64,000 nt of DNA from an uncultured Candidatus Saccharibacteria bacterium (GCA_964602665.1 CAZRRH010000003.1:66963-130962); one strand, 5' to 3'. Counted from the stretch's first letter, positions 48,210-58,950 are shown. The notes: generated from the letters alone by a model not told the origin. Numbers and translations: made by a program.

Positions 48210-50511
48210 TATATTGATCTTCGTTTCTAGTTTGGCAAATTTTGTTATTGCTATTTCAGTTATCCCAAAATCGAAAACAAATAAGTACATAATAGCTTTT
48301 TTTCTGTCTGTTCTCGGCACATCATTTTGGGGATTATCAACTCTTGTATTGAATTATTATACTAACATGTTTTGGGAAAGATTCCTCTTTACTAGTTCTA
48401 TTTTGGCAGTCTTTTTTATTGCGACATATTCTTTTTATTATTCCAAAATAAATATTAGGATAATAAATATAGTTAGAGGAACGTATTTAACGATTACTTT
48501 GATCTTATTATGGTCTACAAACTTGTTTATAGAATATGTTGCTAAATATGACAATTCGAGCGGAATAGAGGTAGGTCTTGGGAAGCTTTTCTCAGTGATA
48601 ATTTTTGTAATAATAATAGAATTAATCATCTTGTTTTTTAACCTGTTTACGGGTTTATCTCGAAGTAAAGCAATCGAAAGGCAAAGATTAAAATATTTTA
48701 TTTTTGGAATAATATTCTTTGTAGTTCCAACTTTAATTACCAACTTATTGCTACCAGTGTTAAAAGTCTATTCCTTTAATAACCTGGGAATTGTTTTTTC
48801 TTTGTTTTTCACAACGATGACTATGATTTCTATAGTTAGATTTAGGCTCTTTTCAATTGAAACTGTTATAGCAAAGATATTGTCAAGCTTCACGCTAGGC
48901 TTGGTCTTCTGGGCCATTGTTCTTATACTGAGAATTATCAAATTTTATGTTCTTGGATATAATCAATTTGATATACAGGCAATATTTATAGACTTAATTT
49001 TTTCAATAATTGTAGCTTCTTTGGTTGGAAGATTATCAAATTTTTTGCAGTATGGATACTCATCATTCCTTAAATCGGAGATTTTATCTCTTGAAAAAAT
49101 GTTCACAAAAATTTTTGAGGAAGTTAAAAACAAAGTTCAAATAGACGAATTAATAGTAAGCCTTACGAAAATAATTGAGAATGGAATGGAGAATGTATCA
49201 GCCAAGTTTTACGATATATATGATTATGAGAATACTGGAGGGAGAAGAGAATATGAATGGTTGGAAAAATTGAGAATGAACAGTGATATTATTATTTTGC
49301 AGGAGGAGAAAGATAAACAGTTGGTCGAAATTATGCGAAGCAAAAATATTGATATAATTGCAAAATTATCAGAATATACCTTTCTAACATTATCTTCTGT
49401 AAATGATAGAGATTCTTTTACAAAAATAGAAATAGAAATGGTTGAAGAAATAACTAGTTTGCTTAAGCCAATTTTTCTTAGAATAGATAACGAAAGAATG
49501 ATTGTGGATTTAAATACTTCTTTGCAAAAAAGAGTTGACGAAGCAACCTCTAAAATTCAAAAACAATTAACGCAATTAAAAGACGCTCGTGAAAAAGAAA
49601 GAAACATGATAGACATAATGGGACATGAACTGAGAACACCTGCAACAATCGCAAACCTAAATGCCGATTTATTAGCAAAATATTGGAGAGAGCTCCTTCC
49701 GTACATTAAACATCCACAAAAAACAGCAGAAGAAATAGAAGACAGATACATAAAATACATGGCAAGATTAAAAGAAGGAATAGTGCGAGAAATAAAGCTC
49801 ATAAATGTCTTATTGGCGTCAGCAAAAATTGATGGAGGTAAAATAGTGCTAAATAAAGAAGCTGTAGACATATCAAATGTAATACAGACAAGCATACATG
49901 CTCATGAAAGAGATGCTAAGATAAAAGGTCTATCATTAAGATATGCAAATGCTGAAGATGAGAGCAACATTGAAAAAGAAATAGATGCACAAGACCTTGA
50001 TATAATCGGAGATTTTGGAATACCTAAAATCTACGCCGACAAAACAAGAATATTTGAAGTAGTCGACAACCTAATAACAAATGCAATTAAATATACTGAA
50101 GAAGGTGAAGTCACTGTTAGTGTGGAAAGCGATGAAGAAAAAGTAGAAGTGACAGTAAAAGATACTGGAGTCGGGATCTCTGAAGCAGATTTAAAGAAAA
50201 TAGGACAAAAATTTTACCGAGTAGGGCAGTATACAGATAATGGAGATGATGAGGATACAGACACTGTTTCTGCACAAAAAGGTAATGGCAAGTATAAATT
50301 GGTAAGGCCGGGTGGAACAGGACTTGGGCTGTATGTTGCTTTTGGACTTGTAAAAGAGCACGGTGGACAGGTTAAAATCAAGAGCAAGCTTGGTGTCGGG
50401 AGTGAATTCTCTTTTAGTATCGGCATTTACAAACGAGAATATAAAAGAGCAGGTTCGGGCGATAATGGAAGCAAAGATATGTTTAAAAAGTTTGGCTTAG
50501 GCAAGAAATAA
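48196..50511 (+). CDS. multi-TM sensor histidine kinase (orphan; no response regulator adjacent)
   Basis: About 8 N-terminal TM helices. H-box MGHELRTPAT, N-box NLITNAIKYT, G-boxes DTGVGIS and GTGLGL. Confidence 0.75.
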   Translation: MNIVDILIFVSSLANFVIAISVIPKSKTNKYIIAFFLSVLGTSFWGLSTLVLNYYTNMFWERFLFTSSILAVFFIATYSFYYSKINIRIINIVRGTYLTITLILLWSTNLFIEYVAKYDNSSGIEVGLGKLFSVIIFVIIIELIILFFNLFTGLSRSKAIERQRLKYFIFGIIFFVVPTLITNLLLPVLKVYSFNNLGIVFSLFFTTMTMISIVRFRLFSIETVIAKILSSFTLGLVFWAIVLILRIIKFYVLGYNQFDIQAIFIDLIFSIIVASLVGRLSNFLQYGYSSFLKSEILSLEKMFTKIFEEVKNKVQIDELIVSLTKIIENGMENVSAKFYDIYDYENTGGRREYEWLEKLRMNSDIIILQEEKDKQLVEIMRSKNIDIIAKLSEYTFLTLSSVNDRDSFTKIEIEMVEEITSLLKPIFLRIDNERMIVDLNTSLQKRVDEATSKIQKQLTQLKDAREKERNMIDIMGHELRTPATIANLNADLLAKYWRELLPYIKHPQKTAEEIEDRYIKYMARLKEGIVREIKLINVLLASAKIDGGKIVLNKEAVDISNVIQTSIHAHERDAKIKGLSLRYANAEDESNIEKEIDAQDLDIIGDFGIPKIYADKTRIFEVVDNLITNAIKYTEEGEVTVSVESDEEKVEVTVKDTGVGISEADLKKIGQKFYRVGQYTDNGDDEDTDTVSAQKGNGKYKLVRPGGTGLGLYVAFGLVKEHGGQVKIKSKLGVGSEFSFSIGIYKREYKRAGSGDNGSKDMFKKFGLGKK

Positions 50512-50529
50512 ACGCCTTGATTTCTCCTG

Positions 50530-50558
50530 TTGACAATATTCTCACAATAACATACAAT
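50530..50558 (+). promoter_or_regulatory. sigma70-like promoter (TTGACA-17-TACAAT) upstream of lipoprotein gene
   Basis: Hexamers at 50530-50535 and 50553-50558. Confidence 0.3.
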
Positions 50559-50588
50559 AAAATGTAATTAAATTTATCAAATAAGCTT

Positions 50589-51623
50589 ATGAAAAACAGA
50601 AAACTGCTAAGTGTTGCGGTTCTTTTATTCGCATCGCTTGCCCTTATAGGATGTACCAAAAAAGACACACCTGATGTCTTACCAGATGAAGATACTGATA
50701 TTGATGTCGTCGTTGATGATGTAGATACAGATGAGGAGGAAATTGTTGAAGAGGAGGAGGAAACTACAGATGAGGAAGATATAAATGACACTGTTTTGGA
50801 AGGGTTTAGTAGTACAAAACAGACAGCAGGAGTTGACTCTGATGCAGAGTATACACTCAAGCCAATTGATTTAGATGCTTTAACTGATTATTACAGAATT
50901 ACACTTTTGTTTGAGACTGTGACGGAGGATTATACGGCGAGCAAGCTTCCATACATAACTGCGGAATATAGTAGCTCGAAAAACGCTGTTGTGCTGAGAA
51001 TTGACGGTCTTGATAAGGACGAATCTGGTATAGCGACAATGAAATCTATTGATATAAACAAGCAAGGCCTTACAAAGATTTATCATGCAGTATCTGGAAC
51101 TGCGGGAATTGCTGTTTATGAGATAGGAAGCAGTAGTAAACCAGAATTTAAACTTAGTGTCGATAGTGTAAATGCAGCAAAAGTTTACCTGGATGTCAAA
51201 TATCCTACATTGACAGAAGAAGTTGTAAATCCAACAGGGCGAAATGAGGACTTTACCTTAACTAAACAGATAATTGTGGGAGGTAAGAGCGCAAACGGCT
51301 CTGGAATAACAAGATTGAGTTGGCTATCAAGTGGTGGAATATTAAATATCGTTTTCGAAGTTAAGGGTGATGAAACACAGCCTGTTCCTGATTGTTATGC
51401 TGAATATGTTGATGGAAAATTGAATTTGGTCTTTACAGATCTAAAATATTCTACATCCAAGACTACTCAAACATATACACTCCCAACAGTTGGAAGTGTT
51501 AGACTTGTTCCTATGGAGAATGGAGAATACAGATATGTTTTTGATTCTGTAACGGACAAAATGTTTAGACTAAATAAAAATCTTAGTCCTAACCAAATAC
51601 AATTTGAGATAAAACTAAGATAG
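50589..51623 (+). CDS. acidic lipoprotein, unknown function
   Basis: Signal peptide with lipobox LIGC. D/E-rich linker. Confidence 0.45.
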   Translation: MKNRKLLSVAVLLFASLALIGCTKKDTPDVLPDEDTDIDVVVDDVDTDEEEIVEEEEETTDEEDINDTVLEGFSSTKQTAGVDSDAEYTLKPIDLDALTDYYRITLLFETVTEDYTASKLPYITAEYSSSKNAVVLRIDGLDKDESGIATMKSIDINKQGLTKIYHAVSGTAGIAVYEIGSSSKPEFKLSVDSVNAAKVYLDVKYPTLTEEVVNPTGRNEDFTLTKQIIVGGKSANGSGITRLSWLSSGGILNIVFEVKGDETQPVPDCYAEYVDGKLNLVFTDLKYSTSKTTQTYTLPTVGSVRLVPMENGEYRYVFDSVTDKMFRLNKNLSPNQIQFEIKLR

Positions 51624-51636
51624 TAAAATTTCTCAT

Positions 51637-52890
51637 ATGAAAATAAAAAAAGTTTACGCAAGAGAGATTCTTGATTCAAGAGGGAATCCAACGGTTGAAG
51701 CCACAATCGAGCTTGAAAACGGCATAAAAGCAAAAGCTATGGTGCCTTCAGGAGCATCCACAGGAACTCATGAAGTAATAGAGCTAAGAGATGGTGATCA
51801 GAAGCGATATGGCGGGAAAGGGGTCCTAAAAGCTGTCGCAAATGTAAATGGTGAAATTAATGCAAAATTATCAGGCATGGAAGTTACAAATCAGCAGGAA
51901 ATTGATAATGAAATAATCAAGCTTGATGGAACAGTAAATAAAGGCCGTCTCGGTGGCAATGCAATACTTGCCGTCTCAATGGCGGTATCTCGTGCGGGTG
52001 CCTTATCAACAGATACAAAACTTTATAAATACATTCACTCTTTATGTTGTGAAAATAGCGAAATGATAATGCCTCGTCCAATGATAAATGTGCTAAATGG
52101 AGGTAAGCATGCAATAAGCGGTGTTGACATGCAAGAATTTATGATTGTCCCTATTAATCAGCCAACAATAGCAGAAAGAGTAAGGGTAGGATCAGAAGTG
52201 TTCATGCAACTTGGTAAAAATCTTCGAAGAGATGGATTTATAACAACAGTCGGTGATGAAGGAGGGTACGCACCTTCTTTTTCCAAAAATGAAGACGCTC
52301 TAAAAACTATCGTCGAAGCAATAAAAGATGCGGGATATAATCCTGGGGTTGATGTCTCAATTGCCCTAGATCCTGCCGCATCGGAATTTTATGAGAATGG
52401 GAGATATAATTTAAAAGCTGACGGATTATCATTATCATCTGATGAGCTTTTAAATATTTATAATGAGTGGGTTAACAAGTATCCTATAATTTCAATAGAA
52501 GATCCGTTTGCGGAAGATGACTGGGAGGCTTTTACTAAAACGACGAATCTCTTAGGAAATAAAATTCAAATAGTAGGTGATGATCTGCTTGTTACAAATG
52601 TGCAAAGATTATCTAAAGCAATAGAACTTAAATCTTGTAATAGCATTCTTATAAAACTAAATCAAATTGGAACTGTAAGTGAGGCCATAGATGCTGTTAA
52701 GAAAGCCAAATCTGTTGGTATGAAGACGATAATTTCGCATAGGTCTGGCGAGACTGAAGATACATTTATTGCTGACTTTGCTGTTGGAACAGTTGCTGCT
52801 CAAATAAAGACAGGATCAATGAGTAGAAGTGAAAGAGTTGCAAAATACAACAGATTAATGGAGATCGAGATTGAATTACAATCTGTGTAA
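51637..52890 (+). CDS. eno: enolase
   Basis: Full-length enolase signature (SRGNPTVE, SGASTG, IEDPF, SHRSGETED). Confidence 0.95.
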   Translation: MKIKKVYAREILDSRGNPTVEATIELENGIKAKAMVPSGASTGTHEVIELRDGDQKRYGGKGVLKAVANVNGEINAKLSGMEVTNQQEIDNEIIKLDGTVNKGRLGGNAILAVSMAVSRAGALSTDTKLYKYIHSLCCENSEMIMPRPMINVLNGGKHAISGVDMQEFMIVPINQPTIAERVRVGSEVFMQLGKNLRRDGFITTVGDEGGYAPSFSKNEDALKTIVEAIKDAGYNPGVDVSIALDPAASEFYENGRYNLKADGLSLSSDELLNIYNEWVNKYPIISIEDPFAEDDWEAFTKTTNLLGNKIQIVGDDLLVTNVQRLSKAIELKSCNSILIKLNQIGTVSEAIDAVKKAKSVGMKTIISHRSGETEDTFIADFAVGTVAAQIKTGSMSRSERVAKYNRLMEIEIELQSV

Positions 52891-52892
52891 TT

Positions 52893-53708
52893 CTACGCGG
52901 ATCTGTATAGTCGCCAGCTATAAAGCAAAATTGCGCATGAAACACTCACATTGAGGGAGTCGTTTTTGCCTAGCATTGGTATTTTTACTGTTAAATCGTT
53001 ATTTTTACTCCAGAACTCTGATAAACCATGATGCTCGTTTCCTAAAATAAATGCTGATTTAGAGGGTAAAGAAATTTTGCTATTTCCAAGAAGGTTTTTG
53101 CTAAAAGGGTCTGCAGTGATAATATTAAAACCATTTTCTTTGCAAAAAGCAAGAGCTTCGTTTTCGGTCATTATTTGCCATTTTGTTGTGAAAAATGTCC
53201 CAACGCTACTTCGGATTGCGCTTTGAGAATAAATATCTGTACTTTGATTTGTAAGAACAACGCCATCTATACCTGCACCATCAGCACTTCTTAGCATTGC
53301 GCCAATATTTCCAGGTTTTTGTATGTTATCAAGAATTAAAATACAACTCTCTTCTTCTTTCTTAAGTTCTGTTGAAATTTTTGTTAAAGAGTCATTGCTA
53401 ATTTTATTACATATTCCGATTATCCCTTCTGATAAATTCCTATATTTTACCCTTTCGTATAATGCCTCTGGGATAATATAAATATCTGCTTGCACAGATT
53501 TAATAGCTAAATTCTGCAAAATTTTATCCGATTTTTGTGAGCAAATCCATATCGAGGTAAATTTATACTCTGCATTAATCGCAAATTCTATTTCTTTTAA
53601 CCCCTCAATGATAAAAAGATTCGTTTTGTCTCTTTCACGCTTTTTGGTTAGTTTAAGGAGCTGTTTATATTTAGCATTATCCTTACTGCTTATAAATGAG
53701 GGTTGCAT
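52893..53708 (-). CDS. SpoU/TrmH-family RNA 2'-O-methyltransferase
   Basis: LILDNIQKPGNIGAMLRSADGAGI and SPOUT C-terminal motifs. Confidence 0.7.
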   Translation of the reverse strand: MQPSFISSKDNAKYKQLLKLTKKRERDKTNLFIIEGLKEIEFAINAEYKFTSIWICSQKSDKILQNLAIKSVQADIYIIPEALYERVKYRNLSEGIIGICNKISNDSLTKISTELKKEEESCILILDNIQKPGNIGAMLRSADGAGIDGVVLTNQSTDIYSQSAIRSSVGTFFTTKWQIMTENEALAFCKENGFNIITADPFSKNLLGNSKISLPSKSAFILGNEHHGLSEFWSKNNDLTVKIPMLGKNDSLNVSVSCAILLYSWRLYRSA

Positions 53709-53814
53709 ATATTAAGATTATATCATACCCAAATCAGGATTTACATAGGGATGAGTTAATTTCTTTGAAATAAGTTCCAAAAGGATCCCGCCTAAGTTAT
53801 GATGCAATAAGATG

Positions 53815-53843
53815 TTGACAAAAAGAAATATTCGTGGTAAAAT
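53815..53843 (+). promoter_or_regulatory. sigma70-like promoter (TTGACA-17-TAAAAT)
   Basis: Hexamers at 53815-53820 and 53838-53843, 35 bp upstream of the 53879 start. Confidence 0.3.
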
Positions 53844-53878
53844 AATTATATATAGCAGATAAACCCTAATAAGAAATT

Positions 53879-54517
53879 ATGGGCAATTTGATAGAAGCAT
53901 ATAATAGAGGAGGAGAAAATCTTCATATAATTAAAAGATTTTTAGAAGGGATCCAAGCAATAAGCGGAAAGATGATTGGTATTGATCCTGCTTTTAATAA
54001 TGGAGCATTTTTAGGCTGTGATGTTGATCTTTCTCATGGAGGATTTGGAATTTGCTTAAGAAGAAGAGAAGATTTAATTCCTGCCATTATTACAAGATGT
54101 TATCTTCATGGTAATCTAAGAGGAGAGCTAATATTTCCTGAAAGTAATGGCCATGCAATATATCCTTATGGCGGCTTGACAAGGGCTACTGCATTGTTGA
54201 TGCCCGGAGCAAGTGAAAACGGAGGTCAATCATTATTAATCTCTCTTACCCCCGAATTTTTTTTAACTGGTGATATTACTGCTCATCCATCAGAGATTGC
54301 GGCTGAAATATTGGTTAGGCAAAAAACTCAAAAGATTTTAAATCTTCTTTCCTCAGGTTCGGCTAGTTCATTAATGATTAATGTCCCTGATTATGCCTTC
54401 CCGATGTTAACCGAATTCTCTTTTCCTGCTTCAACGGAAGCTTCGTCAATTCTTCAAGATTTAGAAAAAGATGAAAATGGTAGAATTGCAATGACAGATT
54501 TGTCAGTTTTTAGCTAA
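53879..54517 (+). CDS. hypothetical protein
   Basis: 212-aa Gly-rich ORF, no motif recognised. Confidence 0.3.
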   Translation: MGNLIEAYNRGGENLHIIKRFLEGIQAISGKMIGIDPAFNNGAFLGCDVDLSHGGFGICLRRREDLIPAIITRCYLHGNLRGELIFPESNGHAIYPYGGLTRATALLMPGASENGGQSLLISLTPEFFLTGDITAHPSEIAAEILVRQKTQKILNLLSSGSASSLMINVPDYAFPMLTEFSFPASTEASSILQDLEKDENGRIAMTDLSVFS

Positions 54518-54522
54518 GAAAA

Positions 54523-55437
54523 TTATAATCTCTTGAAAATATTGTAAACTGCGATAGCACCTTCACTACAGGCTGTGATCACTTGTGCAAAACCGCTTGA
54601 GCCTGATGAAATATCTCCACAAGCATATAGACCTTTAATGCTAGTTTGTTGCGTATTATCAACCTCGACTAGGCCTCCCTTGGTTAATGAGACATTGAGA
54701 GCTTCAATAATAGAAGTTTCTGGGACAGCACCTATTTCAACAAAAGTGCCATCTACATCGTAAGTTTCTTCTTTATCAGTGTTGAGATTCTTGACAATAA
54801 TCTTCTTTAATTTTTCGTCTCCAATAAAATCGGCAACTTTAGTCTGATAATGGATAGTTATATTTTTTCTCTCAAGAACTTGTTCTATCCACATAACTTC
54901 TCCATGAAGCTTATCTTCAATCAAGAAAAGGTGGACTTGTTTTGCAACATCAGATAAATATAAAGCCGCTGTTGTTGCACTATCTCCTCCACCAATTACT
55001 GCGACATTTTTATCCCTGTAAAAAAACGCATCACAAGTTGCACAATATGAAATTCCTTTCCCAAGAAGCCTGTTTTCTGAATCTATTCCAAGTCGTCGTC
55101 TTTTTGTTCCAGTTGCTAATATAACATTTTTTGCATAGAAAGTTTGACCATCTTCAAGTTGTACTACAAAATTATTATTTTCTAAACTGATTTTTTCTAC
55201 GCGTTTATTTATCTCTGTTGCGCCGTATCTTTTTGCATGATCCTTCATCTTGTGCCCAAGTTCAAATCCACTTATCTCTGGAAATCCGGGGAAATTACAT
55301 ACTTTATGAGACTCTGTTATTGTGCCTCCAGCAAGTTGTCCGATGGTAACATGCTCAATCTTATATCTACTGGCGTAAATACTCGCAGTATAGCCTGCGG
55401 GACCTGTTCCTATTATTATTAATGGGTATATTTTCAT
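54523..55437 (-). CDS. trxB: thioredoxin reductase
   Basis: FAD motif IIGTGPAGYTA, redox CATC, NADPH motif VIGGGDSA. Confidence 0.85.
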   Translation of the reverse strand: MKIYPLIIIGTGPAGYTASIYASRYKIEHVTIGQLAGGTITESHKVCNFPGFPEISGFELGHKMKDHAKRYGATEINKRVEKISLENNNFVVQLEDGQTFYAKNVILATGTKRRRLGIDSENRLLGKGISYCATCDAFFYRDKNVAVIGGGDSATTAALYLSDVAKQVHLFLIEDKLHGEVMWIEQVLERKNITIHYQTKVADFIGDEKLKKIIVKNLNTDKEETYDVDGTFVEIGAVPETSIIEALNVSLTKGGLVEVDNTQQTSIKGLYACGDISSGSSGFAQVITACSEGAIAVYNIFKRL

Positions 55438-55481
55438 AGCCGATTATATCATAAAGCGTGTTTTTATGGTAGAATGTTGTT

Positions 55482-56369
55482 ATGGAAAACAATCAGCCGA
55501 TAGCATCTTTGCCGGCGGGTAAGACAATTCTTAGTAAAGAATTCAAAGATTGTACTCAATCAAAAAACAGATATAAAAGAAGTCGTATTGCTAATCTATT
55601 TTGTCGCATAAAATCGAGGATAGATAAAGAAATAATTAAAAAGATTGTTAAGTCGATTTTTGTTATCCTTTTAATCGCTGGGTTTTTGATTGTTTTACCA
55701 AGATTGCCTTTTTTAAAGGTTCAATTGATAGAGGTAGAGAATGTCGCAAACAATGATTTTGTTAATATATCAAAGGAGCAGATAATAAGCAGTATACAAG
55801 AAGCTAAACAAGAGAATTACTTTTCATTATCAACAAGAGAATATGAACAGAAAATTCTCGAATCTGATACAAAAGTAAAAGCTGTATATATTGAGAAAGT
55901 TTTTCCAAATAAAATAACTGTGACAATTGAGGAAAGAATTCCTATTTTATCGATATACTCAAGAGGAAGTTGTGCTCTAATTGCAGATGATAGCTTTGTT
56001 CTTTCCGTATTGGAGGGCGATTGTACTGAGCAGATTGGCAGATATCTTACCGATTACGCAGAAGTTGTTGATAATAAAGCGAAATTTGAGACAGGTTCAA
56101 AAAACAATTCGTATTTAATTGCAGGATTGATGACGATAAGGAGTAAAGCAGATAAATACGGATTCTCTATTGAAAGGGTATTGATTAAAGATACTATTGC
56201 CTATATAATACTAAGAGGTGATGTTGTACTTAATCTTGTTGTTGATTTTGACAAGTCGGTAGAAGAACAAATGGCGCGATTCTCGGTGATTATGGATTAT
56301 ACTCCGACAGTAGTTAGGCAGTACTCATCGATAGATCTTAGATTTGAGAAGCCTGTTTTACTTGAATAG
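55482..56369 (+). CDS. ftsQ: FtsQ/DivIB-like cell-division protein (POTRA)
   Basis: Single TM followed by an extracytoplasmic domain. Immediately upstream of ftsA-ftsZ. Confidence 0.5.
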   Translation: MENNQPIASLPAGKTILSKEFKDCTQSKNRYKRSRIANLFCRIKSRIDKEIIKKIVKSIFVILLIAGFLIVLPRLPFLKVQLIEVENVANNDFVNISKEQIISSIQEAKQENYFSLSTREYEQKILESDTKVKAVYIEKVFPNKITVTIEERIPILSIYSRGSCALIADDSFVLSVLEGDCTEQIGRYLTDYAEVVDNKAKFETGSKNNSYLIAGLMTIRSKADKYGFSIERVLIKDTIAYIILRGDVVLNLVVDFDKSVEEQMARFSVIMDYTPTVVRQYSSIDLRFEKPVLLE

Positions 56370-56414
56370 ATAATCAAAAGGCTTTTATTTATTTTAAATA
56401 AAGCCAGATTTCTA

Positions 56415-56443
56415 TTGACATATTGGTGATAAATATATATATT
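56415..56443 (+). promoter_or_regulatory. sigma70-like promoter (TTGACA-17-TATATT) upstream of ftsA
   Basis: Hexamers at 56415-56420 and 56438-56443. Confidence 0.3.
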
Positions 56444-56473
56444 ATTTAGTAACTAAAATTAAATATTACAATT

Positions 56474-57784
56474 ATGGGAAGAAGAATTATAACCGCTATT
56501 GATGTTGGATCAAGTAAAATCGCTACCGTCGTGGCTTATGTTGATGACAACGAGAAAAGACCTGTTGTTATAGGGGTACATACTCCTCCAAGTAGAGGTG
56601 TACGTAAAGGATCTATTGTAAACATTGAGGAAGCAACAGATGCGATCTCTGAGAGTATTACAGCTGCAGAAAAAATGGCGGGAACAAGCGTTGTTGATGT
56701 ATATGTTTCTATAAACGGCGAGCAGATAACCAGTATAAATAATAAGGGCGTTGTTGCTGTTTCAGCGGGCAATGAGATAACAGTTGAGGATACTTTTAGA
56801 GCCATTGAGAACGCAAAAACTCTTACTCTTCCACAAAATGTTAATCCAATCCACATTATTCCAAGAAATTTTGTCGTTGATAACCAGGGTGGAATAAAAT
56901 ATCCAATTGGGATGAGCGGTATGAGACTTGAGGTCGATACTCATATTATTACAGCACCAATGTCTTCGTGGCAGAATTTATATAAGTGCATACAGATGCT
57001 TGGATATACTGTACAGGACCTTGTTTTTACGGGGTGGGCGTCTTCACAATCTGTAATCACTGAGACAGAGAAAGAGCTTGGTGTGACAGTCTTGGACATC
57101 GGCGCTGGAACTACTACAATTACCGTTTTTGAAGAAGGATCAGTAGTTTATAGTGGATGTATCGCCCTTGGTGGCATGAATGTCACAAGTGATATCGCAA
57201 TTGGTTTGCAGGTTTCTCTGGAAGATGCAGAGAAGATTAAAATAAACATGGAAAAAATCTTAAACGATAATGTTAAAGTATCCGCAAGAGATAATAGGCC
57301 ATCTTTGCTTGTAAAGAAAGATGAACCTCAAAAAAGCAGTAAGCAAAACGGTGATATGGCTAACGTCACAGGACTTGGAGTACAATCCAAAGACGAAATT
57401 TCAAAAGTCATGCTTAAGAAAATTGTAGAAGCAAGATTGGAAGAGATTTTTGACATTGCAAAAGACTCTGTTTCAAAAGCTGGATACAATATAAATACTC
57501 CTGCTGGCGTGGTAATTACAGGTGGTAGTTCAAGATTAATTGGAATTGAGAAAGTTGCTCAATCAAGCTTTGGAGTTCCCGCAAGAAAAGGTTTTCCATC
57601 AGGTCTTGGCGGTATGACAGAAGAAATCTCGGGACCGGAATTTAGTGTAGCACAAGGTCTTATAAAATATGCTGCAGAAGATGAAGCTGATCATAGCAAG
57701 GCTAGAACACACGGACTTGCTTCTGGTGGTAGTGGAATATTTGGAAAGGTTAAGGATTTATTTAAAAATATAATTAAATTTTGA
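56474..57784 (+). CDS. ftsA: cell division protein FtsA
   Basis: Actin-fold motifs (IDVGSSKI, DIGAGTTT, GGSS), C-terminal amphipathic tail. Confidence 0.9.
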   Translation: MGRRIITAIDVGSSKIATVVAYVDDNEKRPVVIGVHTPPSRGVRKGSIVNIEEATDAISESITAAEKMAGTSVVDVYVSINGEQITSINNKGVVAVSAGNEITVEDTFRAIENAKTLTLPQNVNPIHIIPRNFVVDNQGGIKYPIGMSGMRLEVDTHIITAPMSSWQNLYKCIQMLGYTVQDLVFTGWASSQSVITETEKELGVTVLDIGAGTTTITVFEEGSVVYSGCIALGGMNVTSDIAIGLQVSLEDAEKIKINMEKILNDNVKVSARDNRPSLLVKKDEPQKSSKQNGDMANVTGLGVQSKDEISKVMLKKIVEARLEEIFDIAKDSVSKAGYNINTPAGVVITGGSSRLIGIEKVAQSSFGVPARKGFPSGLGGMTEEISGPEFSVAQGLIKYAAEDEADHSKARTHGLASGGSGIFGKVKDLFKNIIKF

Positions 57785-57795
57785 AGTAATAAAAT

Positions 57796-58950
57796 ATGTT
57801 AGTTACTCCTCAATCAAATTCTGTCGCAAAGATTAAGGTCGTTGGGCTTGGTGGTGCTGGTGGCAACGCTGTAAATACAATGATCTCGGATTTTAATATA
57901 GAAGGTGTCGATTTTATGGCTTTTAATACTGATCAGCAGGCACTTAAAAATTCCCTTGCTCCAATAACTTTGCAACTTGGGAGTCAATTAACAAGAGGAC
58001 TTGGTGTTGGTGGTGATCACATGCTTGGTGCTCAATCAGCTGAGGAGAGTATTGATGAGGTACATGAGCATCTTGCAGGGGCTGATATGGTGTTTTTAAC
58101 TGCTGGAATGGGTGGTGGTACTGGTACTGGTTCTATTCCTGTTGTTGCCGGGGTCGCTAAAAACATGGGAGCATTAACAGTTGCTGTTGTTACAAAGCCA
58201 TTTGCATTTGAAGGCAAAAAAAGAGCCGAAGTTGCCGAAGAGGGTATTGCAGCACTTAAAGATAAAGTAGACACATTGATTGTCGTGCCAAATCAGCGAT
58301 TACTCGATATTATTGATGAGGACATTTCCTTTTTTGAGGCGATGAAAAAGGTTGATAATGTACTCGCAGAGGGCGTCAAAAGTATTACAAGTTTGGTTAC
58401 GCAGACCGGATATATTAATGTTGACTTTGCTGATGTTAAGACAATAATGCAAAATGCTGGAACAGCGATAATGGGTATTGGTAAAGCAAAAGGCGAGAAT
58501 AGGGCAGAAGAAGCTGCAAGAATGGCCACTACAAGTCCGCTTCTTGACATGTCTATTGAGGGCGCGAAGGGAGTTCTTTTCAATGTCATTGGTGGTTTAA
58601 ATATGACAATGAAAGAAATCGACCATGCTGCTCAACTTATTGAAGAAGCTGTAGATCCAAGCGCAAACATAATATTTGGAGCTAGTATTGATGAGAATCT
58701 CGGTGATGAAATTGTTATTACGATTGTTGCTACTGGATTTAGTGAGGATAATAAAGCTGCTCCACTTACAAGTAAAAAAGCTGAAGAAAAGTCCTCTGAT
58801 AGTTCAAAAATTAATAGCAACTTAGGCTCATTATCTATAAACGATTTTGACCTTGATGATGAAGTTGCCGATAAGAAAATCAAATCTGCTAGCGACGAAA
58901 AAGGTGGTGACCTTGAAGTTCCTGCTTTTATGAGAAGAAAATCAAACTAA
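57796..58950 (+). CDS. ftsZ: cell division protein FtsZ
   Basis: GGGTGTG tubulin signature, NTDQQAL, C-terminal conserved peptide DLEVPAFMRRK. Confidence 0.95.
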   Translation: MLVTPQSNSVAKIKVVGLGGAGGNAVNTMISDFNIEGVDFMAFNTDQQALKNSLAPITLQLGSQLTRGLGVGGDHMLGAQSAEESIDEVHEHLAGADMVFLTAGMGGGTGTGSIPVVAGVAKNMGALTVAVVTKPFAFEGKKRAEVAEEGIAALKDKVDTLIVVPNQRLLDIIDEDISFFEAMKKVDNVLAEGVKSITSLVTQTGYINVDFADVKTIMQNAGTAIMGIGKAKGENRAEEAARMATTSPLLDMSIEGAKGVLFNVIGGLNMTMKEIDHAAQLIEEAVDPSANIIFGASIDENLGDEIVITIVATGFSEDNKAAPLTSKKAEEKSSDSSKINSNLGSLSINDFDLDDEVADKKIKSASDEKGGDLEVPAFMRRKSN

